Shown here: positions 46,284-55,176 of the stretch, one piece after another | How positions within the stretch are numbered: the stretch's first letter is position 1 | How the letters are laid out: every line of letters begins with the position of its first letter | Origin: an uncultured Verrucomicrobiota bacterium | GTDB lineage: Bacteria > Verrucomicrobiota > Verrucomicrobiia > Limisphaerales > UBA9464 | Direction: 5' to 3' | Assembly: GCA_903916195.1 (NCBI GenBank) | Contig: CAIWVP010000034.1 | Location: forward strand, 3,575-67,574 | DNA length: 64,000 nucleotides | Notes under the pieces: generated by a model | Seen by the model: the letters and a program-made list of their open reading frames with translations, nothing else | The model's database searches: none | What the model was told of the DNA's origin: nothing | Translations under genes and position numbers: made by a program

Positions 46284-46341
46284 GGCCTCGACCTTCACCC
46301 GGCCCTCTCCGTCGGGGAGGGTCTCCACGACGGTCGAGGCC
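46284..46341. repeat. Nested palindrome in xth upstream region
   Basis: GGCCTCGACC...GGTCGAGGCC enclosing CCCTCTCC-gtc-GGGGAGGG. Confidence 0.5.
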
Positions 46342-46503
46342 CACGGATCGTGGACAGGGACCTGAACGGTGCGCCCGGGAGATCCGCGTCAGCAGCCGGA
46401 CCACGGACGGGGCCAGCGATGCCCGGCCGCCATCCATCGGCCTGATCAGTCCCTGCCTTCGTTCCCTTCCGTCAGGTTCCTCTTGTTCTTTCCGGGGCCC
46501 GCT

Positions 46504-46872
46504 TCACTTCGCCGGCTTGCCTGCGACGACCCGCGGGCGCAGCCCCTCCAACGTCTTCGGGCCGATGCCGCTCACCTTGGCCAAGTCGTCGACCACGTCG
46601 TAGGGCCGGCCCGCGATGATGCGGCGGGCCATCGCCTCGTTGACCCGCGGGAGCAGCATGAGGTCGTCCGCCGAGGCCGTGTTCAAGTCGACGACCTTGG
46701 CGGAGGCCCCGGCGACCTGCTCGCGCGACCCGGGCTTGCCGCACTGTTTCAGGCCGACGGCCGCGAGCAGCGCGGCCACGGCGAGGCCGGCGAGCTTGGA
46801 GACGATGCGCGACGTCACGTTGCGCGTGACGCGCCCGGCGATGTCGCCGACGGGGCCGAAGGACCGGCTCAT
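46504..46872 (-). CDS. ComEA-like helix-hairpin-helix DNA-binding protein
   Basis: Membrane anchor then VDLNTAS...LPRV...ARRII..RP...KVSGIGPKT. Confidence 0.85.
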   Translation of the reverse strand: MSRSFGPVGDIAGRVTRNVTSRIVSKLAGLAVAALLAAVGLKQCGKPGSREQVAGASAKVVDLNTASADDLMLLPRVNEAMARRIIAGRPYDVVDDLAKVSGIGPKTLEGLRPRVVAGKPAK

Positions 46873-46888
46873 TCGGAGCGGGCGCGGA

Positions 46889-47608
46889 TCAATCCAGCTT
46901 GCGCAGCCAGATGTTGCGGTAGCGGACCGGGTTGCCGTGGTCCTGGAGGAACAGCGGGCCCTTCGGCGTCACGCCGGAGAACTTCGCCGCCGTGGTCGAG
47001 TCGCCTTTGACCGGGACGTGGTCCTGCACGAGCACGCCGTTGTGCAGCACCGTGAAGGAACCTTCGGCGACCTTGCCGTCCGCGCCGGGCACCGGCGGAT
47101 GGAACACGATGTCGTAGGCCTGCCACTCGCCGGGCTTGCGGCTCGCGTTCACCAAGGGCGCGTTGTGCAGATAGAACGCGGCGGCCTGGCCGTTGAAGTA
47201 GGTCGGGTTCTTCCAGGAATCGAGCACCTGGATCTCGTAGCGGCCCTGGAAATACACACCGCTGTTGCCGCGGCCCTGGCTGTCGCCCTTCACCTCGGCG
47301 GGCGCGGCCCACTCGATGTGGAGCTGGATCGCACCGAACTCCTCCTTGGTCGTGATGCCGCCGCCATGGACCTCGGCGTAACCGTCGGCGATGCGCCACC
47401 CGGGGGCCGGATCCTTGTCGCCCTTCCACGCGGAGAGGTCCTTGCCGTCGAAGAGCACGATGGCATCCGACGGCGGGGCGCCGGCGACGCCGGCCGTGAC
47501 CACGGCCGGTTCCTTGGCAGTGGGGTTGCCCGCGGCGGAAGCGGCGAGGACAAGGGCGGCGTTGGTGACGAGCGCGAAGCGCCGGAGGCAGGGCAGAGGA
47601 GTTTTCAT
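46889..47608 (-). CDS. DUF1080 (3-keto-disaccharide hydrolase-like) secreted protein
   Basis: PPSDAIVLFDG, QGRGNSGVY, YEIQVLDS, LQDHGNPVRYRNIW. Confidence 0.9.
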   Translation of the reverse strand: MKTPLPCLRRFALVTNAALVLAASAAGNPTAKEPAVVTAGVAGAPPSDAIVLFDGKDLSAWKGDKDPAPGWRIADGYAEVHGGGITTKEEFGAIQLHIEWAAPAEVKGDSQGRGNSGVYFQGRYEIQVLDSWKNPTYFNGQAAAFYLHNAPLVNASRKPGEWQAYDIVFHPPVPGADGKVAEGSFTVLHNGVLVQDHVPVKGDSTTAAKFSGVTPKGPLFLQDHGNPVRYRNIWLRKLD

Positions 47609-47642
47609 CGTTGGGATCGGGGATATGCCACGGAGGGGAAGA

Positions 47643-49019
47643 TCAGTTGGCGGAGGCGACCGGCTTGCGCATCGCCTCGGGGGGGACGGGATCGAGCACG
47701 GCGCGGACCTTGCCGTCGGCCGGATCGAACACGCGCACGAGGCCGTCGAAGCCGGCGGTGACGAGCCGTTTGCCGTCGGGCGAGAAGGCCAGCGCGAAGA
47801 CCGCACCGCCGTGGCCGCCGCAGGTCGCGGCGCGCTTGCCGTCGTCGGTCTTGTAGACGCGGACCTCGCCGCCGACGCTCCCGGCGGCGAGCAGCAAGCC
47901 GTCGGGCGAATAGGCGAGGGCCTGCACCGGGCCGGGCTGCCGCTCGAACTCGCGGACGAGGTTCACGTCGTTGTTGCCCGAGGTGCGGTCCTGGTTCTCC
48001 TGCATCTTGTAGGCGCGCACGCCGCCTTCGGCACCGCCGTACGCGGCCCATTCCTGCTTGGGATGCCGGGCCATGCTCACGACCGGTTCGAGCAGCTTGT
48101 TGACGTCGTCGATGAACTGGCCGTTGGCGGTGTTGATCAACTTCATCGCGCGGTCCCGGCTTCCGGAGAGCAGGCGCTGGCCGTCGTCCAGCCACGTGGT
48201 GCGGAAGACCCAGTCGCTGTGGTTGTCGAACTTCATCAGCTCCTTGCCGTCGGTCGACGACAGCACGCGCACGGTCTTGTCGGCACCTCCGAACGCCAGC
48301 TTGGAGCCGTCGGGCGACCAGGAGACGCCGAAGAGAGAATCGCTACCGACCTTGAAGGACCGCTCCTGCTGCGCCGTCGCCGGATCCCAGACCTCGATCT
48401 CGCCGAAGCGGGCCGGCGCGCCTCCGGCCACGGCGAGGCGCCTGGAATCCGCGGTGAACGCCAGCGCCTCGATGCGCGGAGATTCGCCGACGAGCCGCGC
48501 CTTGAGCGCAAGGTCGCCGGCGTCGAGCAGGAAGACCTCGTGATACCCCGCGACCGCGAGCCACCGGCCGTCGGCCGAGAACGCGACCGCGGTGGTCACC
48601 GGAGGCGAGAGATACGTGGGCGGCTCCTTGAGCTTGGTGGAGTAAGCGTCGGCGGGCGTGTCGTCCTTGGCGCCCTCGCGGATCCAACGCTCGACCAACG
48701 CGACCTCGGCGGGCGAGAGAGGATCGCCTTCCTTCGGCATCGACGGCTCTTTGCCGGCGACCTCCTCGAGGACGAGCGATTTCGCCGGATCGCCTGCAAC
48801 GAAGCTCGGACCGTGCTTGCCCGCCTTGAGGAAGCCCGCGTAGGTCGAGGTGTCGACCTCGCCCTTGAGCTTGTTCGGGTTGTGGCAGCCGTTGCAGGAG
48901 CGCCGGAAGACCGGCGTGATGTCGTGGAACCACGACACGGGCTTCTCGGCCGCGACGGCGGAGAAGGCCGCGCCCAACGCGGCCAACAACGGCGCGGTGA
49001 TCTTCGCGGAGCGTCTCAT
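47643..49019 (-). CDS. Planctomycete-type cytochrome c + WD40-repeat protein
   Basis: CNGCH, MPKEGDPL...WIREGA, repeated AFSPDG WD40 motifs. Confidence 0.9.
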   Translation of the reverse strand: MRRSAKITAPLLAALGAAFSAVAAEKPVSWFHDITPVFRRSCNGCHNPNKLKGEVDTSTYAGFLKAGKHGPSFVAGDPAKSLVLEEVAGKEPSMPKEGDPLSPAEVALVERWIREGAKDDTPADAYSTKLKEPPTYLSPPVTTAVAFSADGRWLAVAGYHEVFLLDAGDLALKARLVGESPRIEALAFTADSRRLAVAGGAPARFGEIEVWDPATAQQERSFKVGSDSLFGVSWSPDGSKLAFGGADKTVRVLSSTDGKELMKFDNHSDWVFRTTWLDDGQRLLSGSRDRAMKLINTANGQFIDDVNKLLEPVVSMARHPKQEWAAYGGAEGGVRAYKMQENQDRTSGNNDVNLVREFERQPGPVQALAYSPDGLLLAAGSVGGEVRVYKTDDGKRAATCGGHGGAVFALAFSPDGKRLVTAGFDGLVRVFDPADGKVRAVLDPVPPEAMRKPVASAN

Positions 49020-49156
49020 GGTGTCTGCACACGAAACCATGGGCGCGGCTGTTCGGTGAAGTTTTTTCCTCGGATGAAATCATCCCGGCCAAAATGTCCG
49101 GCGCGTCGGCGATCACGCGGCTCGCACCAAGGGCCGGTATCGTGTCTGCTGGGCAC

Positions 49157-49834
49157 ATGGGCGCGACGTGGTTCATCACCGGCACCGACACGGGCGTGGG
49201 CAAGACCTTGCTGACCGGGCTGCTCGCACGTCGTCTGCGCGCGACCGGCGGCCGGTTCCGCGCGGTGAAACCGTTCTGCTCCGGCGGCCGGGAGGATGCC
49301 GAGACGCTCTTCGCCGCGCAGGGCGGGAGGGTCCCGATGGACGAGATCAACCCGTGGCATTTCCGCGCGCCGCTCGCACCGTTGGTCGCCGCCCGTCGCC
49401 AAGGCGTCCGCGTGACGCTGGAGGAAGCGGTGGCATTCCTCCGGCGGTCGGCGCGCGGCCGCGACCAGTTGCTCGTGGAAGGCGCGGGCGGATTGCTGAG
49501 CCCGCTGGGCGAAGGCTTCTCGGCCCGGGAACTGATCCGCGCGACCCGTGCCCGTGTGCTGGTCGTCTGCCCGGACCGCCTCGGAGCGATCAACCAATCG
49601 CTGCTCGTCTTCACGGCGTTGCCGAAGATGGTCGCGGCGCGGGCGAAGCTGGTGCTTTCCGCGACGGCCGAGCCCGACGGTTCGTGCCGGACCAACCGCA
49701 CCGTGCTTGCCGAGCTGCTCGGCGCGGACCGCGTCCACGTGTTGCCGAGATCGGGCCCGGAAGAGCTCGCCGCGATCGAGGAGGACCGGATGTCGGCGAG
49801 GTTGAAGCGGAACCTGGACGCGCTGCTCGCTTGA
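49157..49834 (+). CDS. bioD: Dethiobiotin synthase
   Basis: FITGTDTGVGKT, VKP, VEGAGGLLSP, LGAINQ. Confidence 0.9.
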   Translation: MGATWFITGTDTGVGKTLLTGLLARRLRATGGRFRAVKPFCSGGREDAETLFAAQGGRVPMDEINPWHFRAPLAPLVAARRQGVRVTLEEAVAFLRRSARGRDQLLVEGAGGLLSPLGEGFSARELIRATRARVLVVCPDRLGAINQSLLVFTALPKMVAARAKLVLSATAEPDGSCRTNRTVLAELLGADRVHVLPRSGPEELAAIEEDRMSARLKRNLDALLA

Positions 49835-49941
49835 AGACGGGCTCCGGGAAAGGGGTTTGAGCCCCGGTGAGGCCGGGCTAGGGTCGCGGGCCGTAGACCT
49901 GCCACAGATGATCCGGCATCGGTCCGCGGACAGGATCTTCC

Positions 49942-51900
49942 ATGGAACAAACCACACTGACGCGGCCGCCGGTATCGCGGGACCGGTCCTCGGGCGCATT
50001 GGCCCTGTACATATTCGGCTGGCTGATGGCGATGTCGGTCGCCCTGAGGCTCGTGCTGTGCGCGCGGTTCGCGGGCGAGACGCACGGGCCGTTCGCCGGC
50101 GTGTTGTGGGCGATGGCGATGGGGATCCACCGCGACGTGCTGGTGGCGCTGGTCTTCACCTTGCCCTGGCTGCTCTGGCTCAGGTGGGTGCCGGAGCGGT
50201 GGCGCACGCGCACGTGGCATCGCCTGCTCTTCCACGCCGCGCTGGCGTTGTTCTGGGCGTGGCAGGTGTTCCAGCACGCGCTGGAGTTCTACTTCTTCGA
50301 GGAGTTCCGCTCGCGCTTCAACACCGTGTCGGTGGACTACCTGCTCTATCCGCACGAGGTCTTCGTCAACATCTGGGAGTCGTATCCCATCGTGCGGATC
50401 ATCGGCGTGTGCCTGCTCGCGGGCCTGGCGTGGGTGTGGATCGCGCGGCGCTGGTGGGGACCGCGCGGCGGCGCGTTCCCGCCGAGCGCCGGGTGGCGTC
50501 CGGTCGCGGTGGTCGCGCTGCTCGCCGCGGTGCTGGTCCCGACGGTGCCGCTGCGGCTGAAGAGCTCGGGCGAAGAACGCCTGCTCAACGAGTTCGCCAA
50601 CAACGGTCCGCTCGCCTTCCTATCGGCGGCCATCACGCGGCATCTTGATTACACGGCGTTCTACCCCACGATGCCCTTGGACGAGGCCTACGCCCGCGCG
50701 CGACGGCTTGTCGGCGGGACGAACACGGCCTTCGTCGGCGCCGGTCGGTCGCTGGTCAGGGAGATGGGCGGTGACACCCACCGCCCGCGCCACAACGTGG
50801 TGGTGCTGCTCGAAGAGAGCCTCGGGTCCGAGTTCTGGGGATCGCTCGGCCGGCCAGGCGAGACCTTGATGCCGGAGATGGACAAGCTCGCGGCGTCCGA
50901 AGGCCTGCTCTTCACCCACCTCTACGCGAGCGGCAACCGGACCGTGCGCGGCATGGAAGGCGTGCTGTCGTCGTTCCCGCCGCTCCCGGGCGATTCGATC
51001 GTCGTGCGCGACCTGTCGGACCACGTGGAGACCGTCGCGCGAACGCTCCAGCGGGACGGCTACCACACGTCGTTCTTCTACGGCGGCCGGGGCCTGTTCG
51101 ACGGCACGAAGTTTTTTGCGACGCGCAACGGGTACGACCGGTTCTTCGAGCTCAAGGACATCCCGGCCCCGGTGTTCACCACCGCCTGGGGCGCGTGCGA
51201 CGAGGACCTGTACGACCGCGCGCTCGTGGAGTTCCGCAAGTGGAACGAGGCCGGGCAGCCGTTCTTCAGCACGGTGCTCACCGTCTCGAACCACAAGCCG
51301 TACACCTATCCGACCGGCCGGATCGCCGAGGATCCCGCTGCCCGGAAACGCGAGCATGTGGTGAAGTACACGGATTACGCGTTGGGACGGTTTTTCCGGC
51401 AGGCGCGACAGGAGGCGTTCTGGACCAACACGCTCTTCGTCGTCGTCGCCGACCACGGCGCGCGCGTCTACGGCAGCGAAGAGATCCCCATCAAGTCCTA
51501 CGAGATCCCGATGGTCATGGTCGGCCCGGCCTTCGTGAAGGCTCCCGACCGCATCGGAGCGCTCGGCAGTTCGCTGGACGTGGCGCCGACCATCCTCGGC
51601 CGGTTGGGGCGTCCTTACCGCTCGACCTTCTTCGGCCGCGACCTGCTGAAGATCCTTCCGGGCGAAGGCCGCGTCCTGATGAACCACAACCGCGACATCG
51701 GCATCTTCGACGGACGCCACCTGATCGTGCTGGGCATCCGGCACGGCGTGTCCTGCTACCGCGGCGACGGACGGACGGGCGAGTTCCAGTTGCTGCCCGA
51801 GGTCCCGGCTGAGGCAAAGGCGCTTTATGACGACGCCATCGCGCTGTTCCAGGTCGCCGACGACTTGTACCAGCACGAACGTTTCCGGGTGGACCGTTGA
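49942..51900 (+). CDS. LTA synthase / phosphoglycerol transferase (sulfatase-fold) membrane protein
   Basis: 5 N-terminal TM segments, LLEESL, SGNRTVRG, TVSNHKPY, KYTD, VADHG. Confidence 0.88.
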   Translation: MEQTTLTRPPVSRDRSSGALALYIFGWLMAMSVALRLVLCARFAGETHGPFAGVLWAMAMGIHRDVLVALVFTLPWLLWLRWVPERWRTRTWHRLLFHAALALFWAWQVFQHALEFYFFEEFRSRFNTVSVDYLLYPHEVFVNIWESYPIVRIIGVCLLAGLAWVWIARRWWGPRGGAFPPSAGWRPVAVVALLAAVLVPTVPLRLKSSGEERLLNEFANNGPLAFLSAAITRHLDYTAFYPTMPLDEAYARARRLVGGTNTAFVGAGRSLVREMGGDTHRPRHNVVVLLEESLGSEFWGSLGRPGETLMPEMDKLAASEGLLFTHLYASGNRTVRGMEGVLSSFPPLPGDSIVVRDLSDHVETVARTLQRDGYHTSFFYGGRGLFDGTKFFATRNGYDRFFELKDIPAPVFTTAWGACDEDLYDRALVEFRKWNEAGQPFFSTVLTVSNHKPYTYPTGRIAEDPAARKREHVVKYTDYALGRFFRQARQEAFWTNTLFVVVADHGARVYGSEEIPIKSYEIPMVMVGPAFVKAPDRIGALGSSLDVAPTILGRLGRPYRSTFFGRDLLKILPGEGRVLMNHNRDIGIFDGRHLIVLGIRHGVSCYRGDGRTGEFQLLPEVPAEAKALYDDAIALFQVADDLYQHERFRVDR

Positions 51901-51966
51901 GCCCGGGCGCGGCGGCGGATCCGGCGGCCTTGACGACCCGGCGTCGGTGCGCGAGGACTGGCGCCG

Positions 51967-52167
51967 ATGAAACTCACTTGGAAAGACCATGAGGAGATTG
52001 CCTGGGCTCTGATGGACAAGTTCCCCGACCAGGACCCCCTCAAGCTGTCGTTCCCGAAACTCCACAAGATGGTGACCGAACTCGAGGGGTTCGGCGCTCC
52101 TCCCGAGGCGTCGAACGAGAAGGTCCTCGAGAACATCCAGATGGCCTGGTACGAGGAGAAGACGTGA
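51967..52167 (+). CDS. iscX: Fe-S assembly protein IscX
   Basis: LTWKD.EEIA..L...PDQDP..LSF..L...ASNEKVLENIQMAW.EE. Confidence 0.92.
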   Translation: MKLTWKDHEEIAWALMDKFPDQDPLKLSFPKLHKMVTELEGFGAPPEASNEKVLENIQMAWYEEKT

Positions 52168-52225
52168 ACCCGGCCTCGTCCGCCGACCTGCGCCGACCGC
52201 TTTTCTGACATCGTCCGATCCCGCC

Positions 52226-52618
52226 ATGCCCAAGCAAGCCATCTCCCCGGAAGGCGCCCCGCCGGCGCTCGGCCCTTACAGCCATGCGGTCCGCATCGGC
52301 GACCTGCTGTTCTGCTCCGGCCAGGTGCCGATCGACCTGGCGCACCCGATCGGCCCGGTCGTCGGCGACATCCGCGCGCAGACACGGCGGTCGCTCGAGA
52401 ACGTGAAGGTGGTCCTTGCCAGCCAAGGCCTCGACTTCCGGCACGTGGTGAAGAGCACGGTCTTCATGACAGACCTCGGGCAGTTCCAAGGGATGAACGA
52501 GGTCTACTCCGAGTTGTTCACGCCGCCGTACCCCGCCCGCTCGACGGTGCAGGTGTCGGCATTGCCCCGGGCCTCCGCCGTGGAGATCGAGGTCGTCGCG
52601 AGTTTCTCGGCGGTCTGA
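52226..52618 (+). CDS. ridA: RidA/YjgF reactive imine deaminase
   Basis: GPYSHA, SGQVP, VVKSTVF, MNEVY, PARSTVQV..LP, VEIE. Confidence 0.93.
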   Translation: MPKQAISPEGAPPALGPYSHAVRIGDLLFCSGQVPIDLAHPIGPVVGDIRAQTRRSLENVKVVLASQGLDFRHVVKSTVFMTDLGQFQGMNEVYSELFTPPYPARSTVQVSALPRASAVEIEVVASFSAV

Positions 52619-52819
52619 AACGGGGGGGGTCCGGCCCGGATCCAAACCAAATACCGCGTTGACGGAGAACGTGAGATTATGAGCAATTCTCGCCCGTCCG
52701 TTCAGAACGGCGGTGTCGGAGTCATGGCGACGGTTTGGGTGGCGGTAGGTTCAACCCACGCAACTAGCGGCCTGCAGGTGCAAGCAGCCCACCACGGCGT
52801 TTGGAGCGGTCAGATCGTT

Positions 52820-53242
52820 ATGGACAACAACTCAAGGCTCTTCGTGGGCAACCTGTCGTTCCAGACCTTGGAGCGCGACCTCCAAGACCATTTCAGCGCT
52901 GCTGGCGTGGTCACCAACGTCAACCTCATGCTCGACAAGTTCACGGGCAAATCCCGCGGCTTCGCGTTCGTGGAGTTCAACACCCCCGACGAGGCCAACA
53001 ACGCGGTCGAGATGTTCCAAGGCAAGGAACTCGGCGGCCGGGCTCTGACCGTCAACATCGCCCGTCCGCGCGAGGACCGTCCTCCGGGGGGAGGCGGCGG
53101 CGGCGGGTACCGCGGTGACCGTGGTCCTGGCGGCGGCGGTGGTTGGCGCGGTGATCGCGGCGGCGACCGTGGTGGCGGCGACCGTGGTGGCGGTGGTGGT
53201 GGCGGCTGGCGCGGTGACCGCGGCGGCGGCGACCGTTACTGA
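52820..53242 (+). CDS. RRM RNA-binding protein with Gly/Arg-rich tail
   Basis: RNP2 LFVGNL, RNP1 RGFAFVEF, RGDRGG repeats; start at ATG 52820. Confidence 0.93.
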   Translation: MDNNSRLFVGNLSFQTLERDLQDHFSAAGVVTNVNLMLDKFTGKSRGFAFVEFNTPDEANNAVEMFQGKELGGRALTVNIARPREDRPPGGGGGGGYRGDRGPGGGGGWRGDRGGDRGGGDRGGGGGGGWRGDRGGGDRY

Positions 53243-53268
53243 TCCGTGCCGGGCACGGGTCCTTTCCG

Positions 53269-53303
53269 AAGGCCGATGGCGAAAGCCGTCGGCCTTTTCG
53301 TTT
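53269..53303 (+). terminator. Intrinsic terminator
   Basis: AAGGCCGATGGC-GAAA-GCCGTCGGCCTT then TTCGTTT. Confidence 0.8.
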
Positions 53304-53426
53304 GGACGACGGGCTGGACGACGGCTAAGGCTCCAGACCCTTCCCGGTGTCCGTGCCCACACCCGTGGAGAATCCGCGACAACTCGTCCCTGACAGCGGG
53401 TCCGGCTCCGTTATAGTGGCGGCGCC

Positions 53427-53861
53427 ATGTCCGCCACCGCGGTCCAATTCCTCCAACGCTGGGTCGTCACCACGCTTGCCGTGCTCGTCGCCGTCAACAT
53501 CGTGCGCGGGCTCAGCTATGACGGGGTCTCGTCGCTGCTGGTCGCGTCGCTGTTGCTGGGGTTCCTGAACGCGTTCGTGCGCCCGTTGCTGTTGGTCATC
53601 TCGCTGCCGCTGCTGCTCTACACGCTCGGCCTGTTCATGCTGGTGATCAACGCGCTCCTGCTCTGGATGGTGGGCTCGATGGTGAAGGGCTTCCACGTCT
53701 CAGGGTTCGGGCCCGCGTTCTGGGGCGCCTTGGTGATCAGCATCGTCTCGCTCGTCGCCAACGCCTTCCTCGGCAAAGGCCCGAAGGTGCAGCTGAAGAA
53801 GGGCCGCGGACGCAAAGGCGATGGTGGCAGCAACGGCGACGGCCCGGTGATCGACGTGTGA
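53427..53861 (+). CDS. YvlD/4-TM holin-superfamily-IV membrane protein
   Basis: LNAFVRPLL...LP....TLGLF.LVINA, GFHVSGF. Confidence 0.9.
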   Translation: MSATAVQFLQRWVVTTLAVLVAVNIVRGLSYDGVSSLLVASLLLGFLNAFVRPLLLVISLPLLLYTLGLFMLVINALLLWMVGSMVKGFHVSGFGPAFWGALVISIVSLVANAFLGKGPKVQLKKGRGRKGDGGSNGDGPVIDV

Positions 53862-53867
53862 CCCGCC

Positions 53868-55091
53868 ATGGCACGTCGTGCTGCACCAGGTCCGCGCGGT
53901 CCTCGTCCTCGCCGCAGCAAAACGCGCTGGCTCTGGATCGGCGCGGCGATCGGCGTGCTTGCCGGTGCGGGTTGGACCGCATGGCGACGCTCGGCCGGTT
54001 CCACTTCACAGAAGGTTCCGGTCTTTTCCACGCCCGGACCTCCTGCTGCGGCCGAGCCGTCCGGACCGTCCATTTCACCCACGCAGCCGACGACCAAGCC
54101 GGCACCGATCGTCGAAGCACCCAAGCAGGCCGCTCCACCACCGGTCGAGAAGGAGCCGGCACCGAAAGTCGCGACCGACACCGATCAGGTCCGCGCCGAG
54201 ATCCCGAAAGCCGGGACGCCAGCGGCCCGCACCCCTCCACCGCCGGAGCTGCTCCTCTCGCTACAACTCGCGCTCACCGGCCACGGCATCTCCGTGGGCC
54301 CGATCGACGGCGTCGGTGGCGCGCAGACCGCGTCCGCCCTGCGCGCGTTCCAGATGCAGCACGGCCTCGAGCAGACCGGCCGACCCGACCCCGACACGGT
54401 CCGCGAGCTGGAGACCGGACGGGGCGAACCCTTCACCCTCATCACCATCACCGCCGCCGACCTCGCCGGGCTCGCGCCGGTGCCAATCACCTGGCTCGGT
54501 CGATCCCGGGTGCGGACGCTTGGTTTCGAGACCTTGCTCGAGCTCGTCGCCGAGCGGCACCACGCGCAGCCGTCGCTCGTGCGTCGGCTGAACCCGGCGG
54601 TCGATTGGGACCATCCGGCCGCCGGCCTCGAACTGTTCGTCCCACGTGCCGCCTATCCGCCGGCCCGGCACGCGGCCCTGGTCCGCGTGAGCCTCGGGCA
54701 ACGCTGGATCCGGGCCTTCGACGCGCAAGGAAACCTGCTCGCGCACTTTCCGTGCAGCATCGGCCGGATCGCCGAGAAGCGCCCGGTGGGCGAGCTCCAC
54801 GTCGCCGTCGCCGTCAAGGATCCCGACTACACGTTCGATCCCGCGGTCTTCCCAGAATCCGCCGAGGCCAAGGAGATCGGCCGCAAGCTCCGCATCCCGC
54901 CCGGCCCGAACAACCCGGTCGGAGTCGCCTGGATCGGTCTGGACAAGCCAGGTTTCGGTATCCACGGCACACCGGCCCCGGAGCAGGTCGGCCGCACCGA
55001 GAGCCACGGATGCTTCCGCTTGGCGAACTGGAACGCGGCCTATCTCCGGCAGATGGTGACCGTGGGAACCCCGGTCTGGATCGAGCCCTGA
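53868..55091 (+). CDS. L,D-transpeptidase with Pro-rich stalk, PG-binding and LysM-like domains
   Basis: IDGVGG.QT..ALRAFQ..HGL..TG; PGPNNPVG; GIHGT...SHGCFRL. Confidence 0.92.
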   Translation: MARRAAPGPRGPRPRRSKTRWLWIGAAIGVLAGAGWTAWRRSAGSTSQKVPVFSTPGPPAAAEPSGPSISPTQPTTKPAPIVEAPKQAAPPPVEKEPAPKVATDTDQVRAEIPKAGTPAARTPPPPELLLSLQLALTGHGISVGPIDGVGGAQTASALRAFQMQHGLEQTGRPDPDTVRELETGRGEPFTLITITAADLAGLAPVPITWLGRSRVRTLGFETLLELVAERHHAQPSLVRRLNPAVDWDHPAAGLELFVPRAAYPPARHAALVRVSLGQRWIRAFDAQGNLLAHFPCSIGRIAEKRPVGELHVAVAVKDPDYTFDPAVFPESAEAKEIGRKLRIPPGPNNPVGVAWIGLDKPGFGIHGTPAPEQVGRTESHGCFRLANWNAAYLRQMVTVGTPVWIEP

Positions 55092-55176
55092 CGACGACCG
55101 CTTCCGCGCTCCCGACGACGGACGACGCGCCGGACCCGGCCTTGACGCCCCGGACGGCAACGCGTGTCCTCCGCAG

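Noticed and set aside
49157-49834. Lone bioD as part of a cluster with pyc
   Set aside because: 35 kb apart; scattered bio genes are common
53427-55091. Holin-like gene plus peptidoglycan-binding enzyme as a prophage lysis cassette
   Set aside because: YvlD-type proteins are usually chromosomal, the enzyme is an L,D-transpeptidase, and no phage genes are nearby
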